A stretch of 63,728 bases of DNA, the filler included. It is 8 parts of 8 records of this genome, joined end to end, with 100 filler letters (N's around TTAATTAATTAA, not from the genome) between each part and the next. Parts side by side here need not be neighbours in the genome. Positions count along the whole stretch, not along the records: positions 38,399 to 44,562 come from SRR31147125_28462; positions 44,663 to 50,550 come from SRR31147125_28488; positions 50,651 to 56,223 come from SRR31147125_28504; 5 more parts are not named here. One strand, given 5' to 3'. Made by a program: the position numbers and the translations under genes. Positions within the stretch are counted from its first letter, which is position 1; each line of letters opens with the position of its first letter. The notes below the pieces were generated by a model. It made no database searches. It saw nothing but the letters and a program-made list of their open reading frames with translations, and was not told where the DNA came from. This document shows positions 41,642 to 51,787 of this stretch, piece after piece.

Positions 41642-42820
41642 ATGCCTTTTCCCTGCCTGTTCTTATCTGTATGGCACTTAATACTATATATTATCTTCTC
41701 TGTTACGCCGGTCCTAGCTGAAACGCAATTCGAAGAAACACCCACTCCTGCTCAATCATATTTAAAGATTTTGAAAAATGAATCGGAACCAAATTTTAGA
41801 TTCAAGCATGGGGAAAATCTTAGAATTGAAGCTTCAGGCAAGTATTTGGAAAAAATCAAAGAGGAGATCGAAAATAATGATACAGGCATAAATTTCAAGC
41901 TTTTCTTCGATGATATACCGATGGAGGGTCTGGATGTAGCAGTTATCCAACCAATCGAGGAAGACAGCATGATACTGTCATTTACGATTATACGTGATTC
42001 TAGAACAGAGAGAAATCGTATAGCATGGGATAAACTACTAAAAAAACAGAGCGACGGTTACCTGATGAAACCTCAAGTGACAATGGCAGTCGGTAATGAT
42101 ATCGCTTGGAAAGTAAGCTCTGATGAACCATTTCAACTATTTATTGTCACAACCATTGCAGCGCGGTTTGCACTGATCGTCAGTGTTGCCTTTTTCTTCA
42201 TAGCATATCGCTGGTTGATACATAACCCGAGTGCTCTTCGGGAGTTTAAAAACGGCCCTTATAGTTTAGGCCGGAGCCAGATGGCGTTCTGGGGGTTATT
42301 GCTCATCCTCGCTTTTTCTTCAATTTGGTTGCTAACCGGGACAATGGAGCGTATACCCGATCAAGCTCTTGTTTTACTAGGAATTAGTGGGGCTACCGGA
42401 CTAAGTTCTATCGCGATATCAACCACAAAGAGCAGCAAGAATGAATCGACTAGGCGAGCGGAGAAGGAAAAGTTAGAGCAAAAAATAAAAGATCTTCTGG
42501 AAAAGAAGCAATTGATGCCTGACCGATACACAGAGGGTGATGAAAAACAATTTAATGAGTTAACTACAGAGCTACAGGATGCTTCCAGACCGGCCAAACC
42601 ACAACCATCTGAAGGTTTTTGGAAAGACATTTGTAATGATGGTAACGGAACAAGCGTGCATCGCCTTCAAGTAGTTCTATGGACCATTCTTCTCGGGATG
42701 GTATTTGTTAAGGCTGTCGCTCAATCGATGTCTATTCCTGAATTCTCGGAAACACTATTGCTATTATTAGGTATTAGCAACGGTATCTATTTAGGTTTTA
42801 AATTTCCCGAAACAAAATAA
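41642..42820 (+). CDS. Hypothetical membrane protein with a signal-like N-terminus and a duplicated TM module
   Basis: SLGRSQMAFW...LLGISGATGL and SVHRLQVVLW...LLGISNGIYL, separated by a charged coiled segment. Confidence 0.8.
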   Translation: MPFPCLFLSVWHLILYIIFSVTPVLAETQFEETPTPAQSYLKILKNESEPNFRFKHGENLRIEASGKYLEKIKEEIENNDTGINFKLFFDDIPMEGLDVAVIQPIEEDSMILSFTIIRDSRTERNRIAWDKLLKKQSDGYLMKPQVTMAVGNDIAWKVSSDEPFQLFIVTTIAARFALIVSVAFFFIAYRWLIHNPSALREFKNGPYSLGRSQMAFWGLLLILAFSSIWLLTGTMERIPDQALVLLGISGATGLSSIAISTTKSSKNESTRRAEKEKLEQKIKDLLEKKQLMPDRYTEGDEKQFNELTTELQDASRPAKPQPSEGFWKDICNDGNGTSVHRLQVVLWTILLGMVFVKAVAQSMSIPEFSETLLLLLGISNGIYLGFKFPETK

Positions 42821-42893
42821 CGTGCTTTATGGGTATTTACATACTGATAAAAACTGCTATTAACTAAACATTTAATTTAGAGGAGAGCTTCTT

Positions 42894-43909
42894 GTGAGCA
42901 CTTTTTTCAGTGACAATAAAAAACTTATGCTACCTGAATTGCCCCATTCTCCTGATGATAGATATAAGGTCGTAGAGGTCGGTAAACCTCTATCTGTTGA
43001 AATTCTGCATATATCCTTTGGCGATATTGAAGATTGGTGGGGTGAATCCGAAATTCTCGTATCCAGTTGGGCAAAATCTGGAGGCACTGCAAAACCAGGA
43101 ACCAGAATCATTAATTTGATGAAAAGAGATATTTCAAAAAATGAGCACCTATCCGATCTAGGAGCTGCTGATTTTGGTCATCAGTTAATCTACTACTCCC
43201 CAGCATACAAAGGAGATACGCTTCGTTTTTCCCTTGAGTTACTGGAAATTGACAAATTCAGGTCCAGCGATATTGAAGATTTAGGGAAAGGTTTACAGAG
43301 CCTCACCAGCCTCGCCGTTTTCGCACCACAGCTAGCATATTTGTCGCTAGCACCACAAGCCGTTGAAGTTGGGAGGAAACTATATAACACTATTAATCAA
43401 AATGATTTGGTGTTGATGGAGCACCTTGATCTCTCCTATGCCAGGCTTGATTGTAAAGTGTTAACGTCTGGCAGGTTCGTTTTAATAAATGGGAACCACT
43501 CCTCTAACTTTCCCAACAACTATATTCTGGATTACGACAACAAACTGAAAACCACTGATGGTGAGCTTGCTGAAAGTAATGGAATGACAGATGCCTATAT
43601 TGTCATTCAGATTAACGCTGCTGAACGAGAAGAATATAAAGACTTTGAGTATGATAGTGAAGCTCAAAACATACTCCAATCTTTTCTGAACCAGGGGTAA
43701 CTAAAAACATTGCTGATATTCTTTCAGAGTCTGTTGCTTCTGCTATTCAATTCGATTCAGTTAGCAAAATACTAAAATTAAAAAGAAAAATGGACAATGA
43801 GGATTCTGAAGATGAGATAAAGAAAATCAACGAAAAAATCAGCTCTCAGCTTAAAAGGCTTAAAGAAGATCACGCCTCTCTGATTAAAGAAGTGTTGTCA
43901 CTTGAATAG
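42894..43909 (+). CDS. Hypothetical protein, apparently frameshifted at a G4 run (about 43694-43697)
   Basis: GTG after a GAGGAG SD. The ORF stops at 43700, but the -1 frame stays open to TAG 43909 (VTKNIADILSESV...IKEVLSLE), ending just before the next SD. Confidence 0.75.
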
Positions 43910-43923
43910 AAAGAGGATAACCA

Positions 43924-44511
43924 ATGGTTGCTGATGGTGAAGTAGAAGTCTTGCTCCATGAAAGTGATCATGTACAACAAGCAATCGGACGAGCTATAGG
44001 GACTATTTATGCTCTTTTTGGTATTGTTTTGCCTGGTGTTTTCGGTGCAATAATAATAGCCACATCAAAGGGGAACTTAATTATCAGCCAAGCGTTTATC
44101 GGTTTGATACTAGCATCTATAGTGAGTATCGCCATTTTATATGCTAATGGATTGTGGGTAGAGGCATTCGAATATATGCGCTATAAATATGGTGTTGTAC
44201 ATCCCCGCCTATATGCAGCGATTGGGAAAACAGAGTGGAAAAACTTCATGCAGTTCATGAAGCTAAGCAGGAAAAAAGAATCCTGGCTCCCAACTATATT
44301 TTTTCAGGGTACGGTAACTATTTTAACTCTCATTTATTCACTCACACTTATCGCCTCTGACTGGAGCAGTAGCATGGGAACTAGGTTTTTACTTGGAATA
44401 TTATCAGTCGGGTTAACTAGTTTGGCAGGTTTTTCCAGCAATCATACACGAAAGCACTGGCTTGAAGTGACTCACAGTGTGGAAAAAGTATCGCTTGATA
44501 GTAACCATTGA
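43924..44511 (+). CDS. Hypothetical 4-TM membrane protein
   Basis: GAGG SD; two hydrophobic helix pairs separated by a polar loop. Confidence 0.75.
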   Translation: MVADGEVEVLLHESDHVQQAIGRAIGTIYALFGIVLPGVFGAIIIATSKGNLIISQAFIGLILASIVSIAILYANGLWVEAFEYMRYKYGVVHPRLYAAIGKTEWKNFMQFMKLSRKKESWLPTIFFQGTVTILTLIYSLTLIASDWSSSMGTRFLLGILSVGLTSLAGFSSNHTRKHWLEVTHSVEKVSLDSNH

Positions 44512-44562
44512 AACAAAGTATGTAAAAGAAATTGTTTTGCTTCAGCTGGAATTGGAAAATTT

Positions 44563-44662
44563 NNNNNNNNNNNNNNNNNNNNNNNNNNNNNNNNNNNNNN
44601 NNNNNNTTAATTAATTAANNNNNNNNNNNNNNNNNNNNNNNNNNNNNNNNNNNNNNNNNNNN
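44563..44662. other. Artificial contig linker
   Basis: N44-TTAATTAATTAA-N44. Confidence 0.99.
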
Positions 44663-44663
44663 C

Positions 44664-45152
44664 AACGTCGTGCCGATAGTATTACCGCCACTCCGTGAAC
44701 GAACCGAAGACATACCGCTACTGTTCAACCACTTCCTGAACAAAAGCAACGAAAGAAACGAGAAAGACCTAAAAATCACGCCAAGCCTGCTTGACTTCAT
44801 AATCGACTATCCGTGGCCCGGGAATGTTCGCGAAATGCAGAACATGGTCGAACGAATGGTAATTCTTGCCGAGAGCGCCCACCTTACCACTAATGACCTC
44901 CCGGCGAATCTCACCATCCCCTCACCACAGCCAGCTGCTTCCAGCCACGAACCGCAGCACACGGTAAGGGCAACCAGATTTACCCACACAGGTCAATCGC
45001 TTGAATCAATAGAGAAAACAGAAATAGAGGCCTCTCTGAGACGTAACGGCTGGGTGCAGATCAAGGCCGCCCGGGAACTGGGTCTCACCCAGCGTCAGAT
45101 TGGCTATCGAATTAAAAAGTACGGCCTGAGTCGCTATGATTCCTTTCGCTAG
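44664..45152 (+). CDS. Sigma-54-dependent activator (NifA-like), 3' fragment
   Basis: LPPLRERTEDI, WPGNVREM, and HTH GWVQIKAARELGLTQRQIGYRI, which resembles NifA. Confidence 0.88.
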   Translation, partial: NVVPIVLPPLRERTEDIPLLFNHFLNKSNERNEKDLKITPSLLDFIIDYPWPGNVREMQNMVERMVILAESAHLTTNDLPANLTIPSPQPAASSHEPQHTVRATRFTHTGQSLESIEKTEIEASLRRNGWVQIKAARELGLTQRQIGYRIKKYGLSRYDSFR

Positions 45153-45332
45153 CATGCTAACAGTTTCCGGCACAGCCCACGACCATCAATGCGATATGCT
45201 AAACATTTTTGTAATATTATGACGAACTACATTACATTTGCGTGCCATCTGTACCGATGATACACAAACGAGAAAACCACATATACACACACAACATACT
45301 GGATTTATTATTATATACAGATAAAACAAAAA

Positions 45333-45349
45333 CTGGCACAGTGTTTGTT
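45333..45349 (+). promoter_or_regulatory. Putative sigma-54 -24/-12 promoter of amtB-glnK
   Basis: TGGCAC-AGTGT-TTGT (one mismatch to TTGC), with an AT-rich tract upstream. Confidence 0.55.
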
Positions 45350-45426
45350 ATAACAAAATGAAAGCTTTTAACCATTCGTTTTTAAGCCACGCTTCAAGAC
45401 GAGTAAAATCAAAAGGAGGAATAAAC

Positions 45427-46764
45427 GTGAAAGCAACTCTTAAGATTAAACCAAAAACCTATTGGGGCGGCGCAGTATTTCTTGCGGTCGTCGCAGTGGC
45501 ATTTCCAGCGCTGGCAGATGAGGTTGGTGACAAGGTGATCAATCTCGCCTACGCACTCGACACTTTTTATTTTCTGGTTACCGGCGCATTGGTCATGTGG
45601 ATGGCTGCAGGATTTACGATGCTTGAAGCCGGCCTTGTGAGAAGCAAAAACACTGTCACCATTCTGACTAAAAACGTCGTGCTCTACTCGATAGCCTGTA
45701 TCATGTACATGCTGGTCGGCTATAACATCATGTACGGTGGCGGACCCAACGGAGTCATTCCGGGACTGAGCTTCCTGATTCCAGGCGACAACAGTGTTGC
45801 CGACGTACTCGGCAGCGGTGGAGATATTTACTACTCCGGCCTGTCTGACTTCTTCTTCCAGGTTGTATTCGTTGCCACCGCCATGTCCATCGTTTCCGGC
45901 GCGGTTGCAGAACGTATGAAGCTGTGGGCTTTCGTTGCCTTCTGTGTTGTATTGACCGGCTTCATCTACCCGGTCCAGGGTTACTGGAAATGGGGCGGAG
46001 GCTTTCTTGATGCCCTTGGCTTCTCCGATTTCGCCGGATCCGGTGTTGTACACCTGTGCGGAGCCTCAGCCGCAGTCGCCGGTGTTCTCCTGCTCGGACC
46101 ACGTAAAGGCAAGTATTCAGGCGGCCGTATCAATGCGATTCCCGGTGCCAACCTTCCGCTCGCCACACTTGGAACCTTTATCCTGTGGCTCGGCTGGTTC
46201 GGGTTCAACGGTGGTTCGGAACTGATCATCAGCAATATCGAAGAAGCCAACGCGGTTGCGATGGTATTCGTAAACACCAATACCGCCGCCGCAGGTGGTG
46301 TCGTCGCCGCTCTTATCCTTTCCCGCATCTGGTTCGGCAAAGCTGATCTCACTATGACGCTTAACGGCGCCCTCGCCGGCCTCGTAGCTATTACCGCTGA
46401 ACCGCTCGCGCCCAGTCCGCTGCTGGCAACCGTCATCGGCGCTATTGGCGGCCTCATCGTCGTCACCGCCATCGTATTCATCGACAAAGCCAGACTCGAC
46501 GATCCGGTCGGTGCCATTTCGGTCCACGGCGTTGTCGGTATCTGGGGTCTTCTCGCGGTACCGCTGTCCAACGCTGACGCAAGCTTTACGGCCCAGATTA
46601 TCGGCGCTGCGGTAATCTTCGCATGGGTATTCTGTGCAAGCCTCGTAACCTGGGGCATTATCAAGGCGGTCATCGGTATTCGTATCAGCGAAGACGAAGA
46701 ACGCGAGGGCTGCGATATCGCCGAATGCGGTCTCGATGCATACCCGGAATTCAATAGAGATTAA
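45427..46764 (+). CDS. amtB: Ammonium transporter
   Basis: MAAGFTMLEAG, DFAGSGVVH, WFGFNGGS, DDPVGAISVHG. GTG after AAAGGAGG. Confidence 0.96.
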   Translation: MKATLKIKPKTYWGGAVFLAVVAVAFPALADEVGDKVINLAYALDTFYFLVTGALVMWMAAGFTMLEAGLVRSKNTVTILTKNVVLYSIACIMYMLVGYNIMYGGGPNGVIPGLSFLIPGDNSVADVLGSGGDIYYSGLSDFFFQVVFVATAMSIVSGAVAERMKLWAFVAFCVVLTGFIYPVQGYWKWGGGFLDALGFSDFAGSGVVHLCGASAAVAGVLLLGPRKGKYSGGRINAIPGANLPLATLGTFILWLGWFGFNGGSELIISNIEEANAVAMVFVNTNTAAAGGVVAALILSRIWFGKADLTMTLNGALAGLVAITAEPLAPSPLLATVIGAIGGLIVVTAIVFIDKARLDDPVGAISVHGVVGIWGLLAVPLSNADASFTAQIIGAAVIFAWVFCASLVTWGIIKAVIGIRISEDEEREGCDIAECGLDAYPEFNRD

Positions 46765-47118
<354 letters not shown>

Positions 47119-47143
47119 AAACGATTTACAAGAGCCTCCTCCA

Positions 47144-47190
47144 GGGGCCTTCCTCGCGGCAGTATTGCGGGGAGGCCTCTTTCTTTTTCT
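47144..47190 (+). terminator. Intrinsic terminator after glnK
   Basis: GGCCTTCCTCGC...GCGGGGAGGCC followed by TCTTTCTTTTT. Confidence 0.75.
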
Positions 47191-47263
47191 TCTCCGTTGA
47201 TTCATCGACACCAATGCATACCGTGCTGGAAATGCACCCATTCCTTCCAGACGGTATGTGATA

Positions 47264-48763
47264 ATGTCCGAATCTTACAAGCAACTCGAAAAACATTTTT
47301 CCCGACTCCACCACTTTGCCCACGCGCTCACATTCCTGCAATGGGACCAATTGGTGATGATGCCGCCCGGCGGCAATCAAGCACGCTCTGAGGCCATCGC
47401 CGAGCTCAGCACCACCTATCATGAATATCTCACCGCGCCGGTCATCTGTGAACTGCTTGAAGCATGCGAGGCCGAAGAACAGGCCCCTGAACGTCGTCGC
47501 TCCATCGACGAGATGCGGCGCGAATACCAGTGGGCGACCTGCATCCCTGCAGACCTGGTTAAAGCTAAATCCCTTGCCGGTTCACGTTGCGAACACGAAT
47601 GGCGTACGCAGCGACAGGAAAACGACTGGCCCGGATTCCTGTGCAACTTCAAAGAGGTCGTGAATCTGGCCAGAGAAGAGGCTCAGGCCAGGCAATCCTG
47701 CAGCCGCCGATCCTTTTCGACACCATACGACGCGATGCTCGATCTCTATTGCACCGGCGATTCAAGCTCGATGATCTCCACCATTTTCGCGGCGCTCAAA
47801 AAGGAACTTCCCGCACTCATTTCAGACGTAATGGAGAAACAGGCCGGCAGAGTTCCCGAACAGAGCAGGTCCTTTCCCATCGCTAAACAGAAGCTCCTGA
47901 ACCGGAAACTTGCAGAGGTGCTCGGATTCGACCTGGAAGCGGGACGCATCGATGAGAGTTCTCACCCGTTCAGCACAGGGGACTATGGGGATCAGCGTAT
48001 CACATCTCGATTCCGGGACGACGATTATATCGACGCGTTGCGGGCAACTGCCCACGAAACAGGCCATGCAGCTTACGAGAGCGGTCTGCCGAAACGGTGG
48101 AGGCAGCTGCCCATCGGGCAGGCGCGAAACATGTCGATCCACGAAAGCCAGAGTCTGCTTTTCGAAAAACAGATTTTCATGTCAAAACCCTTCATCCGAC
48201 GCATCACGCCCATCATCAACCAACACATCGAGGGAGCGAAGCAGCTGGACAGCGAACAAATCTGGCTGGCCGCATCCAGGGTACGCCCCACCTATATACG
48301 GGTCGAGGCCGATGAGGTCTGCTACCCGCTCCACGTGATCATCAGGTACGAAATCGAATCCGCCTTGATCAACGGCGAGATGTCCCCCGAAGATCTGCCG
48401 GATGCATGGGATGACGGCATGCAGAAGTACCTCGGCCTCTCGACAGAGGGTAATTACAAGGATGGATGCCTCCAGGATATCCACTGGACGGACGGTTCCT
48501 TCGGCTACTTCCCCGCCTACACGCTTGGAGCGCTGAATGCGGCCCAGATATTTGCCGCCTTTCGCAACGAACATGAAGCGTGGGAATCACTGCTGCTGGA
48601 TGGTGAGATTTCCGTCGTGCGAAAATGGCTCTCGGAGAGAATATGGGCGCAGGGAAGGATGCTGGAATCCCAGGATCTCATGCGTTCCGCTACAGGTGAA
48701 GGAACCAACCCCGAGTATTTTCTCTCCTTTATCAGGCAGCGATACCTCGAGGAGCGCTTCTAA
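47264..48763 (+). CDS. M32-family carboxypeptidase
   Basis: HPF, HETGH zinc motif, HESQS, IRVEADE, QDIHW, GYFPAY. Confidence 0.95.
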   Translation: MSESYKQLEKHFSRLHHFAHALTFLQWDQLVMMPPGGNQARSEAIAELSTTYHEYLTAPVICELLEACEAEEQAPERRRSIDEMRREYQWATCIPADLVKAKSLAGSRCEHEWRTQRQENDWPGFLCNFKEVVNLAREEAQARQSCSRRSFSTPYDAMLDLYCTGDSSSMISTIFAALKKELPALISDVMEKQAGRVPEQSRSFPIAKQKLLNRKLAEVLGFDLEAGRIDESSHPFSTGDYGDQRITSRFRDDDYIDALRATAHETGHAAYESGLPKRWRQLPIGQARNMSIHESQSLLFEKQIFMSKPFIRRITPIINQHIEGAKQLDSEQIWLAASRVRPTYIRVEADEVCYPLHVIIRYEIESALINGEMSPEDLPDAWDDGMQKYLGLSTEGNYKDGCLQDIHWTDGSFGYFPAYTLGALNAAQIFAAFRNEHEAWESLLLDGEISVVRKWLSERIWAQGRMLESQDLMRSATGEGTNPEYFLSFIRQRYLEERF

Positions 48764-49441
48764 TCAGTTTCCATCCGGGTACCAGCTGACCGGACGCGTT
48801 GTCTCCCTTCGCACCAATGCAGCAGTGAGCCTGTTGAGCAGCACCCCATAGGCCGGCAGGAACAGCAGCAGGCTCACGACTATCTTAAAGAGATAGTCAG
48901 CCGCGGCGATCTCGGGCCAGTGTTGCGCCATGAATTGATCCGTGCTTGCCCAGAACGCAACCGAGTAAAAGATTATCGTGTCGAGCAGGTTGCCAAGAAC
49001 CGTGGATGCCGCCGGTGCTACCCACCACCGTCGGTGCTTCCTGAGATACGAGAACACCTTTACGTCCAGAAGTTGCCCGAACAGGTACGCGATGAAGCTC
49101 GCAAAAGCGATCCTGAATACGAACAGGTTGAAGTCGGCCAGTCCCGCAAAACCCTGGAAACGACCCTCGAAAAAGATGATCGAAATCATGTACGAGACCA
49201 GCAGGGCCGGCATCATCGTCAGAAAGATAATTTTTCTCGCCGGATTCTGCCCGAATATTCTTACCGTGAGATCAGTCGCCAGGTACACGAAGGGAAAGCT
49301 GAACGTTCCCCAGGTCGTCAACACCCCGCCAACGGTAAAGGGGATCTGCACCAGGTAGTTGCTCGCGGCGATAACGGTAATATGAAAAACTACCAGGAGA
49401 ACAAGGGAGCGCCTCAATTGCGCATCGGTGAAAGAAAACAT
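48764..49441 (-). CDS. yhhQ: Queuosine precursor (preQ0/preQ1) transporter
   Basis: SNYLVQ, TTWGTFSFPF, ATDLTVRIFG, GQLLDV; cognate riboswitch upstream. Confidence 0.92.
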   Translation of the reverse strand: MFSFTDAQLRRSLVLLVVFHITVIAASNYLVQIPFTVGGVLTTWGTFSFPFVYLATDLTVRIFGQNPARKIIFLTMMPALLVSYMISIIFFEGRFQGFAGLADFNLFVFRIAFASFIAYLFGQLLDVKVFSYLRKHRRWWVAPAASTVLGNLLDTIIFYSVAFWASTDQFMAQHWPEIAAADYLFKIVVSLLLFLPAYGVLLNRLTAALVRRETTRPVSWYPDGN

Positions 49442-49447
49442 CTAAGA

Positions 49448-49484
49448 TTCCTTTTTGTTCTTCGGGGTGAGGGAACCCGAATTA
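49448..49484 (-). ncRNA. preQ1 class I riboswitch (yhhQ-associated type)
   Basis: Minus strand TTCGGG-TTCCCTCAC-CCCGAA-GAACAAAAAGGA: P1 stem, UUCCC loop and an A-rich tail overlapping the yhhQ SD. Confidence 0.85.
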
Positions 49485-49773
49485 TCACAAGTTGCCAGGG
49501 AGCTTTGAATAATTTGGAGTTTGGGCCAAAAGTCAATCATTCAAAGCTCCCTCTATTTCGCACTGCCTGAAGGGAAGCTTTATACATCATTATAGAATGT
49601 GCTTCAAGGGAATGATGCCTCTTCTCAAGGTATAGATAGATCACAGAGCTCTGGACTCGACTTAACAGGCACCACAGAATCAATTAAAAATTGACACAAA
49701 AAACTCATGGTGCTTTTCCTCCCCCTTTTCCGAAAGGGGAATTGCCATTGCCTTTGACGCCAAGCCCCAGCAG

Positions 49774-50241
49774 ATGATATTGAATCCCGTGACCGACAAA
49801 GCAGAGGTGAAGTTTACATTTGTTAAGCACAAGAGTGGTGCGGAGCAGATCCAGAGCATCCTCGGCGGTCATGTGGATGTTGCCTGCACTGCCGGAGCCC
49901 ACGTTAAATACATTGAGAGCGGCGATCTGAAAATGATTGCTTCCATGAGTAAGGACAGGCAGGCCTGTGCACCGGACGCACAGACTCTTATCGAGAACGG
50001 ATTCAATCATTTTCTGGAACCGTATTCCTATATCGCAGCACCGAAAGGGCTGCCGGAAGAGATCAAAGGCGCTCTGGCGAAGGCGTTTGATGACGCGATC
50101 AATGCAGAGAGCGTGAAAAAAACCCTTTACGATTCCATTCAGACTTCCAGCTACAACCTCGGTCCGGAGGGAACCCGTGAAATGTCGCACGAAGGGGCGG
50201 TGGCCATCAAGGAACTTGTTAAGACCGCCGAAGGGCAATAG
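49774..50241 (+). pseudogene. C-terminal half of a TctC/Bug-family solute-binding protein
   Basis: VKHKSGAEQIQSILGGHVD and AAPKGLPEEI; no signal peptide or N-terminal half. Confidence 0.65.
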
Positions 50242-50550
50242 CGATTTCGCGGAAAAGACAACGATGCAGAACCGCCTCTCCAGTCTCTTTGAAAAGATCA
50301 GGAATAGGAAAAAATACTGGTCGAGGTTCCTGCAATCGCAGTATAGAATTCACCATCTCCCCACGGACGTTACCCCCAGGTAACAACACCCCTTTCCCGG
50401 CGTTACCATACGGTAACGGAACAACCGTCCGATTATCCTATATATCTGTATTATTGATGCTTTCTTCGATGGCCTCGATATTGCAAATTCATATCTGATG
50501 TGATCTTTCTCCATCCATATTCAGGCAAGGAGGTAACACGTGCACACGGA

Positions 50551-50650
50551 NNNNNNNNNNNNNNNNNNNNNNNNNNNNNNNNNNNNNNNNNNNNTTAATT
50601 AATTAANNNNNNNNNNNNNNNNNNNNNNNNNNNNNNNNNNNNNNNNNNNN
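50551..50650. other. Artificial contig linker
   Basis: N44-TTAATTAATTAA-N44. Confidence 0.99.
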
Positions 50651-50785
50651 TCGATAAAAATAGGATGGGCATATAAAATGTGTTACCGGTATCTCACTAT
50701 CAAATTTTGAAAGCAGGTATTTTAAATCGTGTAAGTTCCGGAAATGGTCCCCTTCCCAATCTATGCAAATGTTAATGTAAATCAT
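50651..50785 (-). CDS. Hypothetical protein, 5' fragment (possibly polysaccharide-deacetylase-like)
   Basis: MIYINICIDWEG...IPVTHFICP, open into the gap. Confidence 0.45.
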
Positions 50786-50849
50786 AGAAAGATAAATATC
50801 GGAACATATTTTTGAAAGATAGATACCGATTTTGTAATTTTCCGAAAAA

Positions 50850-51239
50850 TTGAATTTGGAAGAGCAGGTTAGAATTGATAAGTGGTTATGGGCTGTGCGT
50901 ATTTACAAAACACGCAGCCTGGCAACAGAAGAGTGTAAAAAAGGGCGTGTTATTATTGATGGTGTAGCAACAAAGCCATCAAGAATAATAAAAGTGGGAG
51001 ATAAAATTGTAGTTCGTAAATTGCCTGTGATATACACGTATGAGGTAAAAGGCATTATCAGTAAGAGAGTTTCAGCGCAATTGGCTCAAGAGAATTATGA
51101 AGATTTAACATCTATTGATGAATTGAATAAACTGAAGATCCAGGATACAATTTTTATAAAGCGAGATAGGGGTACAGGTCGTCCTACAAAAAGAGATAGG
51201 CGTATGATTGATAAATTAAGGGGTGACGATAATAACTAA
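50850..51239 (+). CDS. hslR: Ribosome-associated heat shock protein Hsp15 (S4 domain)
   Basis: RIDKWLWAVRIYKTRSLA, GTGRPTKRDRR. Confidence 0.92.
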   Translation: MNLEEQVRIDKWLWAVRIYKTRSLATEECKKGRVIIDGVATKPSRIIKVGDKIVVRKLPVIYTYEVKGIISKRVSAQLAQENYEDLTSIDELNKLKIQDTIFIKRDRGTGRPTKRDRRMIDKLRGDDNN

Positions 51240-51245
51240 ATTATT

Positions 51246-51787
51246 ATGTTAATAGCGAGACAAAAGAGAAGCGAAAATATAGCTGAGTATATATTATACA
51301 TGTGGCAGGTTGAGGATATTATCAGGGCTAACAATTTCAGTTTAGAAAAAATTGAAGAAACTGTAATTAAAGGCTTTAAACAACCTGATGATATAAAAGA
51401 ACAGATAAAAGATTGGTATGCTGATTTAATCATAATGATGAAAGAAGAAGGTATTACCAAAACAGGGCATCTAAAACAGGTTAAAGATGTTGTTAACGAA
51501 GTTGAAGATTTTCATAAGAAGCTTTTGAAAAAGAAAGGTGAAGATAAATATGTAGGTGTTTATAGCTGGGCAAAGCCCAATATTGATGCGCTAAAAGCAA
51601 AGATTAATGAAAATACCATGGGTGATGTTAATACTTGTTTAACTGCTTTGTATGGTTTATTGCTTATGCGCCTGAAGAAAAAGAAGTTACGGAGGAAACC
51701 AACGAAGCAATGACAACCTTCAGCAATTTTATAGCCTTGTTGGCCGGGAAATACAAACAATTCGAAGAAGGAAAATTAGAAGTTTGA
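51246..51787 (+). CDS. DUF4924-like Bacteroidota protein, frameshifted at an A5 run (about 51678-51682)
   Basis: ENIAEYILYMWQVEDIIRA. The alternative frame continues EVTEETNEAMTTFSNFIALLA...KLEV* to 51787. Confidence 0.75.
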
